A stretch of 64,000 nt of DNA from Thermoanaerobaculaceae bacterium (GTDB lineage: Bacteria; Acidobacteriota; Thermoanaerobaculia; Multivoradales; UBA5704): assembly GCA_963712665.1 (NCBI GenBank), contig CAVQIV010000024.1, positions 271,525 to 335,524 on the forward strand, written 5' to 3'. Both the position numbers and the translations under genes were made by a program. Shown in pieces: positions 10,141 to 17,573 of this stretch. The number at the start of each line of letters is the position of its first letter. Within the stretch, counting starts at the first letter, position 1. The notes under the pieces were generated by a model that saw only the letters and a program-made list of their open reading frames with translations, did not search any database and was not told the origin of the DNA.

Positions 10141-13100
10141 TCTTCCCGCGCCATCCCTCGCTCGACCGCTTCGATGAGGCAGGAGCGCAGCCGCTCGGTC
10201 CTTTCCAGTCTCACCACTTCCAGGTTGTCGTGCAGGACGGTGGCGAAGACAGGGAAGGCGCTGCCTGGATCGCGGGAGACGTTGCAGAGGACGATCGGTC
10301 CCCGGAAGCTCACCACGGCGTGGCCGATCTCGGCGACGGATTCGAGCGGCCCCTGGTGCAGGGGCTCCAGATCGGCGAGCACGACCAGCGGCCGGTTGCC
10401 GCTGGCGGCGTAGATAGCCCGCGCCAGCTTCTGCGCGGCCCCAGGGGAGAGAATACTGGCCAGGGGCTGGGTCTCGAAGCCGACCAGGCACACGGGCCGG
10501 CCGCCCAGATGGGCGTCCCAGACCACGGCGCTCTCGCCGCCGCGCATGCCGTACCAGCGCTCCAGGGGCTCGTGGTCCTGATCGACGACCGCGGCCAGGA
10601 CGCGGCGGAGCTCGCTGCCGTGCGGGAGATCCCGAAGCTCGCGCTGCCGCGGGTCGCAGGTGGGAGCGGGCCGGGGGAAGCGCTCGCCCGGTGCCACGTA
10701 GGTGTGCTCGTAGTGACGCAGCAGGATGCGGCAGGCCTCGCCCAGGTCCTTCGCGAAGTACTGGGCCTCCCCGGCCGGCACGCCGCCTGAGCCGTTCAGG
10801 GTCCCTTCTGAGGTCATGACGGAAATCCCCCGCGTGTGCATGGGCACGGTGGCCTGGGCGATCCAGTAAGGCTGGATGCCGGCGTTCTTGCCCATCACCA
10901 CCACGTTGACCTCGCCGCCTCCCGCGCTGAATTCCACCAGCCGCCGCAGGACTCTGCCGATCCAATCCATGCCCTCCGTGCCGCCGGCACTCCCGGCACT
11001 CCCGGCAGACAAAGCGAACCATTCGAGAGGCACGCCCATCCCGGCCGCGAGGTCGAGCGCGGCGAGGAGCCGCCGGCATTCGGGCTCGGCCAGAGCGCCC
11101 AGGGCCTGGCTGGGATCGCTCAGCACGATCACCCGCGCCATCCCTTCGGGGTAGCAGTCCGTGAAGTTGCGGACGATCCCCACCACCAGGCCGGCCGTGT
11201 TGCCGCCGTAGGGGCGGTCCACGGGCACCAGCCGGCCGGAGGCGTCCAGGTCGTGCTCGATGAATTCGCCCTCCGGCAGGTCGGCCCGGGCGCTGCGCCG
11301 CGGGGGAGCCAGCAGCTTGATCACCTCATAGGGATAGGGGAGCCCCTGGCGGCGCAGGTCCACCACCCTCTGGGCATACTCCCGCAGGGGTTTGAGCAAC
11401 ACCTCCCTGGGCCTGCGGAAGCGCAGCACTGCGCCGCCCTCGCTGAGCCGCGAGATCTCCAGCACCCAGTCGCGCAGCTCGCCGCCTTCGGGATCGGGGA
11501 TGCGGCAACGCACGGCCACCTTTTCGAGCCCCAATCCCTCGGTGAAGGGGGCGAGGCGCTGGACGAGGCCTTCGAGCTCGTCCGGCCGCAGGTCCACGGG
11601 CGGCCAGGCATAGAGGAGCACCCGGTTCCACTGCAATCGCTCGGTGGCAGCGCGGCGGGCCTGGAAGCGCCGGATGCTGGCCAGAGTCTCCATCAGCATG
11701 TGCTCGAGCTGGGGGAGCTGGACGACGCGGCCGGCGGCGTCGCGCACCGGCGTCAGGTCCCGCACCTCGGCGATGGCGAAGAGCCGCTCGTCTTTAGGGT
11801 TCTCGTGCGCCACGCCGTGGAAGAAGTAGACCTCCTGGGGCGACGGGAGGCGCTCCAGGCGGAAGCTCTGAAGGCGCCAGAGCTGGAGCCGCAGGGCCAC
11901 CATGGCGTGGATGCCACGGTAGACCCGCTCCTCGCGGAAGGCGCCGAGGGCGTCCTCGTCACGGCGGAAGGTGAAGTTGCGCATGCCGCCGGGGAACGAG
12001 AGGGTCACGGCCACACGGTGGAGGTCCCGGGACAGGCCGGTGCCGGCGAGCAGCGCGGCGATCTCGTCCGCGGTGGCGTCGTCGTCTACAGGCGGTCCGG
12101 AGCCCCAGAAGTAGAGATCGGCCACGACCTCCGATCCCGGCGCCGCCCGTCCGGCGAGATCGCGCGCCGCCGCCAGAGCGGAGACCGGCCGCTCGCGCAG
12201 GGAGTGGGTGGCGATGAGGTGGACGTGGGAGCCCTGGTAGTCATAATCGCCGATGGCGAAGAGCTGGCCGTCCTGGGCAGGGTAGGTGGTGAAAGAGAGG
12301 GACCGCAGCTCGCGGATGCGGTAGTAGCGCCGCACCATGATCTCCAGCAGGGCCTCCCGCAGCTCGGAGCCGGCGCTCTCGAAGCGCTGGGAGAGGATGC
12401 GGTGGAGAGGCTGCGTGCAGTCCACCAGGGCGCGGATGCGCTCCGCCCGTGCTCCGGCATCGCGGTCGTGCGCCAAGCGGGCCAGGTCGGCCTCGGCCGT
12501 GGCGTAGACCCGCTCCCGCGCGGCCAGCAGCACGGTGCGATCGAACAGCCGGTAGCGCACCTCCCGGGCGAGGTCATGCACCGCAGGCTCGCTGCCCTGG
12601 GTCTCGGAGATCATCCTCTCCAGCAGGTCGCGGAAGCCGGGGCCGAGGGGGCGGTCGCCTCTCTCCAGCCAGCGCTCCAGCAGGGCCAGCACGGCCGGCA
12701 CTTCCTGGGACAGCCGCTGGTGGGAGATGGCGATGCGGAAGAGGCTCTCCTCCAGGTCCGGCGAGCGGTCGAGGCTGCCGACCCCATAGTGGGCCAGGGC
12801 ATGGCGGAGCTTGTCGAGGAAGGCCAGGGGCAGGCCGGCTCCCTGGGAGCCGGGATCCTGCAGATAGGTGAAAAGATATTCCACGGCGCTCTGGCGGCCG
12901 TCCTCCGCCCGCTGCGTGGCTGGCTGGCGGCCGAAGAGCGAGCAGACGGCCACGAAGGCGCTGAGGATCTCCTCTTCCCGGACGGGATCGCCTGGAGGCC
13001 CGGCCGGGCCGGAGAGGAGGCGCTCCACGACCTCGGGATCGACGTCGTAGCCCTGGATCAGCCGGCGCGCCTCATCCAGGGGGGAGGCCTCGGGAGCGGC

Positions 13101-14303
13101 CTCCAGCCCGTCGAAGCGCGTCCGGCGCTCGTCAGAGAGGGCTGGGGAGCGCGCGGCTCCATCCTCCCCCTGGTCGATGCGGTGAGGGATGCCGTCCACT
13201 TCCACGAGCCACCGGCTCCCCTCGGCAGCGAGAGAGACGCGCCAGCTCTTCTCGCCGCAGGCGAGGGTCCGGCCCGTGCGCCCGGGCCGGCCGGCCCGGA
13301 TCTCCAGGCGCCGGCCGGCCACCTCGATACGGAAGAGATCCAGGGCGAGGCGGGCGACGTGAAGAAGGTGTTTGTGGCCGCGGTGGTGGAGCTCTATGGA
13401 GCGGCCGATCTCCTCCGGCACCTCGGGCCGGCCGCGGGCCGCGGACTCGTAGAAGCGGGCCCGGGCCGCGGCCGACTCCGTCTCGTAGCCGGCGATGGCG
13501 GCGGCGAGCAGGGCCACCTCGGCTCCCCGGCGGGGGAGGTGCTCGCCGGAGTCCACCAACTGGTCGAGCCAACCGGGCTCCGCGTCCCCGTTCGTCAGCT
13601 CGGGCCGGTCGAGGACCTCGGTCAGGAATGCCTTGTCCGTGGTGCCGCCGCGCACCGCGACCTCGGTGGCGGCGAGCCCCCGCTGCAACCGGGTGAGGGC
13701 CTCGATGCGGGTGCGGCCGTGGGCGGTGACGCGGGCGATCCCATAGCCTGGAGACGCGGGGACCCCGCCCTCCTCGACCGCGGGATCGGCCCGCAGCCCG
13801 GCCCCGGCCGGAAGACGGAGCGATTCCACCGTGCCGGGGCGGGGGGCGAAGCCATCCTCGGGATCGAGGGCCGCGAGAGAGATCTGGAGGGCATGCCCCC
13901 GCGGCTCGGGAAGCTCGCCGTCGAGCGTGCCGCCGCGTGCGAGATGGGCCTCCAGGGCCGGCAGGTCCATCTCGTTCAGGGCTTCGAGCAGGGCCACGGT
14001 CGCGGGCAGGCCGGACGCCGTGCCCGCGAAGCGGTGATCCCCCTGGGCCGGATGGGCCAGGAACGAAACCGTGAAGGCGCCGGCCTTGCCCCGGGCTCCA
14101 GCGAAGCGGAGGGCTGCCTCGCGCAGCGCTCGCTCCAGCTTCGTGGGAAGGCCGGACGGTGGAGCCTCGGCGAGCACCGTGCGGTCGCCATGCCGCACCG
14201 TGACGTCGATCAACCCCAACGCCCACCCCGTACCCCGGCGATCCACCAACACCGGAGCCTCCAGCCGGCGGACGCCTGGAAGGTCGGCTTCGAGCGGGCT
14301 CAT
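9999..14303 (-). CDS. degenerate acetyl-CoA-carboxylase-like multidomain protein (partial biotin-carboxylase ATP-grasp, central region, carboxyltransferase-like C-terminus)
   Basis: Similar to the BC C-terminal half and the CT domain, but catalytic motifs are eroded, no AMKM biotinylation site was seen, and both ends run into REP elements. The start at 14303 (MSPLEADL) was chosen over 14396. Confidence 0.65.
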   Translation of the reverse strand: MSPLEADLPGVRRLEAPVLVDRRGTGWALGLIDVTVRHGDRTVLAEAPPSGLPTKLERALREAALRFAGARGKAGAFTVSFLAHPAQGDHRFAGTASGLPATVALLEALNEMDLPALEAHLARGGTLDGELPEPRGHALQISLAALDPEDGFAPRPGTVESLRLPAGAGLRADPAVEEGGVPASPGYGIARVTAHGRTRIEALTRLQRGLAATEVAVRGGTTDKAFLTEVLDRPELTNGDAEPGWLDQLVDSGEHLPRRGAEVALLAAAIAGYETESAAARARFYESAARGRPEVPEEIGRSIELHHRGHKHLLHVARLALDLFRIEVAGRRLEIRAGRPGRTGRTLACGEKSWRVSLAAEGSRWLVEVDGIPHRIDQGEDGAARSPALSDERRTRFDGLEAAPEASPLDEARRLIQGYDVDPEVVERLLSGPAGPPGDPVREEEILSAFVAVCSLFGRQPATQRAEDGRQSAVEYLFTYLQDPGSQGAGLPLAFLDKLRHALAHYGVGSLDRSPDLEESLFRIAISHQRLSQEVPAVLALLERWLERGDRPLGPGFRDLLERMISETQGSEPAVHDLAREVRYRLFDRTVLLAARERVYATAEADLARLAHDRDAGARAERIRALVDCTQPLHRILSQRFESAGSELREALLEIMVRRYYRIRELRSLSFTTYPAQDGQLFAIGDYDYQGSHVHLIATHSLRERPVSALAAARDLAGRAAPGSEVVADLYFWGSGPPVDDDATADEIAALLAGTGLSRDLHRVAVTLSFPGGMRNFTFRRDEDALGAFREERVYRGIHAMVALRLQLWRLQSFRLERLPSPQEVYFFHGVAHENPKDERLFAIAEVRDLTPVRDAAGRVVQLPQLEHMLMETLASIRRFQARRAATERLQWNRVLLYAWPPVDLRPDELEGLVQRLAPFTEGLGLEKVAVRCRIPDPEGGELRDWVLEISRLSEGGAVLRFRRPREVLLKPLREYAQRVVDLRRQGLPYPYEVIKLLAPPRRSARADLPEGEFIEHDLDASGRLVPVDRPYGGNTAGLVVGIVRNFTDCYPEGMARVIVLSDPSQALGALAEPECRRLLAALDLAAGMGVPLEWFALSAGSAGSAGGTEGMDWIGRVLRRLVEFSAGGGEVNVVVMGKNAGIQPYWIAQATVPMHTRGISVMTSEGTLNGSGGVPAGEAQYFAKDLGEACRILLRHYEHTYVAPGERFPRPAPTCDPRQRELRDLPHGSELRRVLAAVVDQDHEPLERWYGMRGGESAVVWDAHLGGRPVCLVGFETQPLASILSPGAAQKLARAIYAASGNRPLVVLADLEPLHQGPLESVAEIGHAVVSFRGPIVLCNVSRDPGSAFPVFATVLHDNLEVVRLERTERLRSCLIEAVERGMAREEAPSSPRPSSPVPSHPPHREKRETSKTSQPGTPRPGRGMGWSGEGQG

Positions 14304-14370
14304 GGAGCGGTCTCCATAGGACAGGAGTCGAGCATGGCCGGAGGATATCGCGTCCGCCCAGATTTGCCGT

Positions 14371-14590
14371 AGAGCTCCCCCGCCCAAGACCCTCACCCCT
14401 GCCCCTCTCCCGCCCCCTCGCCACCCCCCTCACCGGGAGAGGGGGCCCGGCTGGAGCTATCTTGCTGTTCGTCCTTGTTGTCCTTGCTGTCCCTTCTGTC
14501 CTTTCTGGCTGTTCTCCCTCTTCTCCCGGTGAGGGGGGTGGCGAGGGGACGGGAGAAGAGGGCCGGGGTGATGAGGGTCTTGGGGGGCGC
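14371..14590. repeat. composite palindromic REP/MITE-like element, copy 2 (about 65-bp imperfect inverted arms, loop with 9-nt GTCCTT repeats)
   Basis: The arms are reverse complements. The loop gttcGTCCTTgttGTCCTTgctGTCCCTtctGTCCTTtct has 9-nt periodicity. Confidence 0.75.
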
Positions 14591-14591
14591 T

Positions 14592-15287
14592 CTACCGCAA
14601 AGTCAGCGCTTCCCTGAACCCCCACAGCCGGCCCGCCACCTGGCGCGAGAAGAGGACGCCCTTGGCGTCCCCGGCGAGGCCGGCTGCCTTGAGGCGCCGG
14701 ACCGTCCACCAGTTGCAGGCCCCCGCCAGGAGGTAGTCCCCGTGCGCTGGATAGAACCGCCCCGGGTATCCCGATACGGGGGGATAGGGAGCTACGCGCG
14801 CTTCGGACGGCGAATGCACGAAGGAACGCTCGAGCTCTGTGAGCAGGGCGCGGAGCGTTGGCGCGTCCACCGTGCGGACGAACACCGCGTGCGCTCCGCC
14901 TCTCACCTGCGGGGGAGATTTCCGGCCTTCGAGATACATCACCGAGGCCGTGGGCAGGAAGGCCGTGGCGAAGAGCACGTGGGGCCGGTAGTCGGACTCC
15001 ATGAAGTAGCTCTTGTCCCCCCAGCCATAGTCGAGAAAAGGCGCGTCCTCCCGGCCCGGCGGCCCCAGCCGCCATCCCGGCGGCTGCTCGACGACGATGG
15101 AGGTGTGGTGCCCCCAGTCGGCCACGTAGACCCGGTAGGGACCGGGTCCGGGCACCGGGGGAAGGGCCAGGAGGGGCCGCTCGTCGTGCCTGAAGAAGAC
15201 ATAGAGGATCGGCCCGAAAATCAGGATCAGGACGATCAGGAGAGCGGCCCGGCCCGCGAGCCGCAACCAAAGCCGGCGGCGAGACAC
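14592..15287 (-). CDS. DUF2459 (TIGR02117) family protein
   Basis: N-terminal TM helix, then VYVADWGHHTSIVV...YGWGDKSYF...AGACNWWT, typical of DUF2459. Confidence 0.65.
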   Translation of the reverse strand: MSRRRLWLRLAGRAALLIVLILIFGPILYVFFRHDERPLLALPPVPGPGPYRVYVADWGHHTSIVVEQPPGWRLGPPGREDAPFLDYGWGDKSYFMESDYRPHVLFATAFLPTASVMYLEGRKSPPQVRGGAHAVFVRTVDAPTLRALLTELERSFVHSPSEARVAPYPPVSGYPGRFYPAHGDYLLAGACNWWTVRRLKAAGLAGDAKGVLFSRQVAGRLWGFREALTLR

Positions 15288-15301
15288 GACCCCTCGGAGA
15301 C

Positions 15302-15508
15302 TCAGAGGCCGTCGAGCATCGAGCCCAGGATCAGCAACAGCCCGGCGACCACCAGCGACCAGAACCCCACGGTGGGGGGCAGGCTGCTGGGCAGAGTGAT
15401 CACGTGCAACCCCGCCAGCAGACCGATCAGCCAGAGGATGATCGCGATGACAAGCGTCGCCTTCTTCGGGGCCTGCGTCCTGAATCCACCTCGTCTTGCC
15501 ACGGGCAA
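15302..15508 (-). CDS. small two-TM membrane protein
   Basis: 68 aa with two hydrophobic helices (LVIAIILWLIGLLAGL and FWSLVVAGLLLILG). Confidence 0.5.
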   Translation of the reverse strand: MPVARRGGFRTQAPKKATLVIAIILWLIGLLAGLHVITLPSSLPPTVGFWSLVVAGLLLILGSMLDGL

Positions 15509-15654
15509 TCCTCCAGAGTCGAGAGCTTTACGGATTCCCAGCCAGGCCGGCGATGAGGGCCACGGTCCGGGAGGCGATGACGCTACGGTCTCGTTGCGCG
15601 CCTGATGCTACACCCGAATCGGCGGCAGGGGTAGCGGGCCGCTGGCGGTCCACC

Positions 15655-15669
15655 TGGCACGGAGATTGC
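15655..15669 (+). promoter_or_regulatory. sigma-54 (-24/-12) promoter candidate
   Basis: cTGGCACGgagaTTGCc matches YTGGCACGrNNNTTGCW at all but the last position. It sits 47 nt upstream of the ATG at 15716. Confidence 0.5.
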
Positions 15670-15715
15670 CATCGTTGGGGAATGGCGGTCCGGATGGGCC
15701 CCAGGAGGAACTAAC

Positions 15716-16471
15716 ATGAGAATCATCCGCTGGACCAGCCTCTCGCTGGCACTCGCCGCCGCGGCCCTCGTCGCCGGCTGCGGCCCGATGTATTCGGACG
15801 GCGGCTACGGCCGCGGTCCCCGAGATCCCTACTACGACCGCTCCGGCAGCGTGCAGGGCACCGTGGAGAGTGTGAGCCCCCGCGACCGGCTTATCGTCGT
15901 CGATCCGAGGGCCGATTCACGCTACCTGCGCAATGACCGGGAGGGGCGGTACGACGGGCGCTACGGCGACCGGGTCTACCTCTACTACGACGACCGCACG
16001 ACCGTCGAGTACCAGGGCCGCACCTTCCGGCCCGAAGACCTGGAGCCCGGAGACCGCATCCAGGTCGGCGACCTGGACAACCGGGGAGACCGCCTGATCG
16101 CCCAGGACATCCAGGTCGTCTACGACGTGAGCGCCGGCGGCCCGGGAGGCTACGAAGGTCCATACGATCGGTCCAATCCGCCCGATGACGCCCGCGACCT
16201 GCGCGGCACCGTCCGCTTCGTGAACACCCGCGACCGCACCGTGGAGATCGAGGCCTCGGGCTCCCGCTACGACTCCGGCTTCAACACCGGCCGCTCCGGC
16301 GTCGTCGTGGTGCGCTACAACTCCGGCACCGCCGTCGAGTACCAGGGCCGCCGCTACGAGCCCGGGAACCTCGAGCAGGGAGACGTCGTGGAGGTCCAGG
16401 CGCGCCGCGACCCCGACGGCTTGCTGCTCGCCGAGCGGATCGTGGTGGTGGGGGGGAGCCCCGGGAGGTGA
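15716..16471 (+). CDS. lipoprotein with two internally repeated beta-rich domains
   Basis: Lipobox LVAGC. Two repeats of the form GTV.-V..RDR...-TAVEYQGR.-P..LE.GD.V.V. AGGAGG SD upstream. Confidence 0.75.
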   Translation: MRIIRWTSLSLALAAAALVAGCGPMYSDGGYGRGPRDPYYDRSGSVQGTVESVSPRDRLIVVDPRADSRYLRNDREGRYDGRYGDRVYLYYDDRTTVEYQGRTFRPEDLEPGDRIQVGDLDNRGDRLIAQDIQVVYDVSAGGPGGYEGPYDRSNPPDDARDLRGTVRFVNTRDRTVEIEASGSRYDSGFNTGRSGVVVVRYNSGTAVEYQGRRYEPGNLEQGDVVEVQARRDPDGLLLAERIVVVGGSPGR

Positions 16472-16502
16472 CGGCGCCCGGCTTCCCGGGTACAATCCTC
16501 TT

Positions 16503-17570
16503 ATGGCCATTCGGACATCCGCGATGGCGCTGAGGCTCGTCCTCGGCGGCTCGACCCTCCTCTTCGCCGCCGCCGGGGGCGCCCAGACCCTCCCGGCGGC
16601 CGGGCACGGTCCCTACTTTCCCGCCGATGCCCCGTGGTATCAGGACGTCTCCGCGGCTCCGGTCGATGCCGAATCCGCGGCGGTGATCAACTGGCTCGCC
16701 AGCGTGGGTGGCTGGGGGGGCGGCCGCATGCAGATCGACTTCTCGATCGAAGTGCTGGAGGCCGACGCCTCCGCTCCCTTCAAGACTTTCACCCCCACGG
16801 ACGACTTCTTTCCGGACGATTGCGATTTCGCACAGGTCCCCCTGCCCGCCAATGGCGCCCTGGAAGGGGAGTCCGGCTACCAGTGCGTCAGCGATGGCGA
16901 CTGCCACCTGTTGGTAGTCCACCGTCCCAGCCACCGTCTCTACGAGATGTGGCGGGCCAACGTCGTGGGCGGCACCTTCTACGGCGGATGTCTCGCGGTG
17001 TGGAACATGGACCTGACCTATCCTTATGGGGGCCGGGGCCAGGACTGCACCAGCGCGGACGCGGCCGGCTTCCCCATCGCGCCCCTGCTGTTCAACGCCG
17101 ACGAAGTGGCGGCCGGGCACATCGACCACGCCCTCCGTTTCATCCTCCCCAACAGCCGTATGCGGCACCTGGTCTACGTCCACCCGGCCACGCACTCCAC
17201 CTTCGCCACCAGCGGCCCGGCCACGGCCCCGCCCTATGGCACCCGGCTGCGGCTGCGGGCGGACTATCCCCTCCAGAATCTCCCCAACGAAGCGGCGCGC
17301 ACGGTGGCGCGGGCGATGCAGAAATACGGCATCCTGCTGGCCGACGGCGGCACCATCGCCTTGACCGCCCAGAGCGACCGTTTCACCACCGCCCGCTGGA
17401 ACGGCCTCCTCGGCCCTCTCGACCTGCGCGCCCTCCAGGTGACCGACTTCCAGATGGTGGCCGGCGGCGGCCGCTACAACTACACCGGCGACTGCGCGCG
17501 CACGACACCCCTCTTCAACGACGGCTTGGAGCTCGGCACGCTCGCCAAGTGGAGCGGCTGGACGCCGTAA
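16503..17570 (+). CDS. secreted hypothetical protein
   Basis: Signal peptide (LLFAAAGGAQT) and a coherent 355-aa ORF. No family recognised. Confidence 0.7.
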   Translation: MAIRTSAMALRLVLGGSTLLFAAAGGAQTLPAAGHGPYFPADAPWYQDVSAAPVDAESAAVINWLASVGGWGGGRMQIDFSIEVLEADASAPFKTFTPTDDFFPDDCDFAQVPLPANGALEGESGYQCVSDGDCHLLVVHRPSHRLYEMWRANVVGGTFYGGCLAVWNMDLTYPYGGRGQDCTSADAAGFPIAPLLFNADEVAAGHIDHALRFILPNSRMRHLVYVHPATHSTFATSGPATAPPYGTRLRLRADYPLQNLPNEAARTVARAMQKYGILLADGGTIALTAQSDRFTTARWNGLLGPLDLRALQVTDFQMVAGGGRYNYTGDCARTTPLFNDGLELGTLAKWSGWTP

Positions 17571-17573
17571 ACC

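Noticed and set aside
9999-14303. Using the uninterrupted 4.3-kb frame as evidence that the ACC-like gene is under selection
   Set aside because: Stop codons are AT-rich and rare in this genome, and the opposite strand is also open for 3.5 kb. ORF length alone is therefore uninformative.
10836-14372. 1178-aa ORF on the plus strand
   Set aside because: It is antisense to the ACC-like gene, with a Gly/Ala/Arg/Pro-rich low-complexity composition and no recognisable motifs. It is a typical shadow ORF of high-GC DNA.
13132-15270. 712-aa ORF on the minus strand. Similar long ORFs include 3798..5093, 7672..8799, 9964..11079, 26009..27571, 54451..56058 and 58268..60091.
   Set aside because: They are Arg/Pro/Gly-rich, lie out of frame or antisense to genes with clear homology, and span REP elements. 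I judge them to be GC-driven open frames, not genes.
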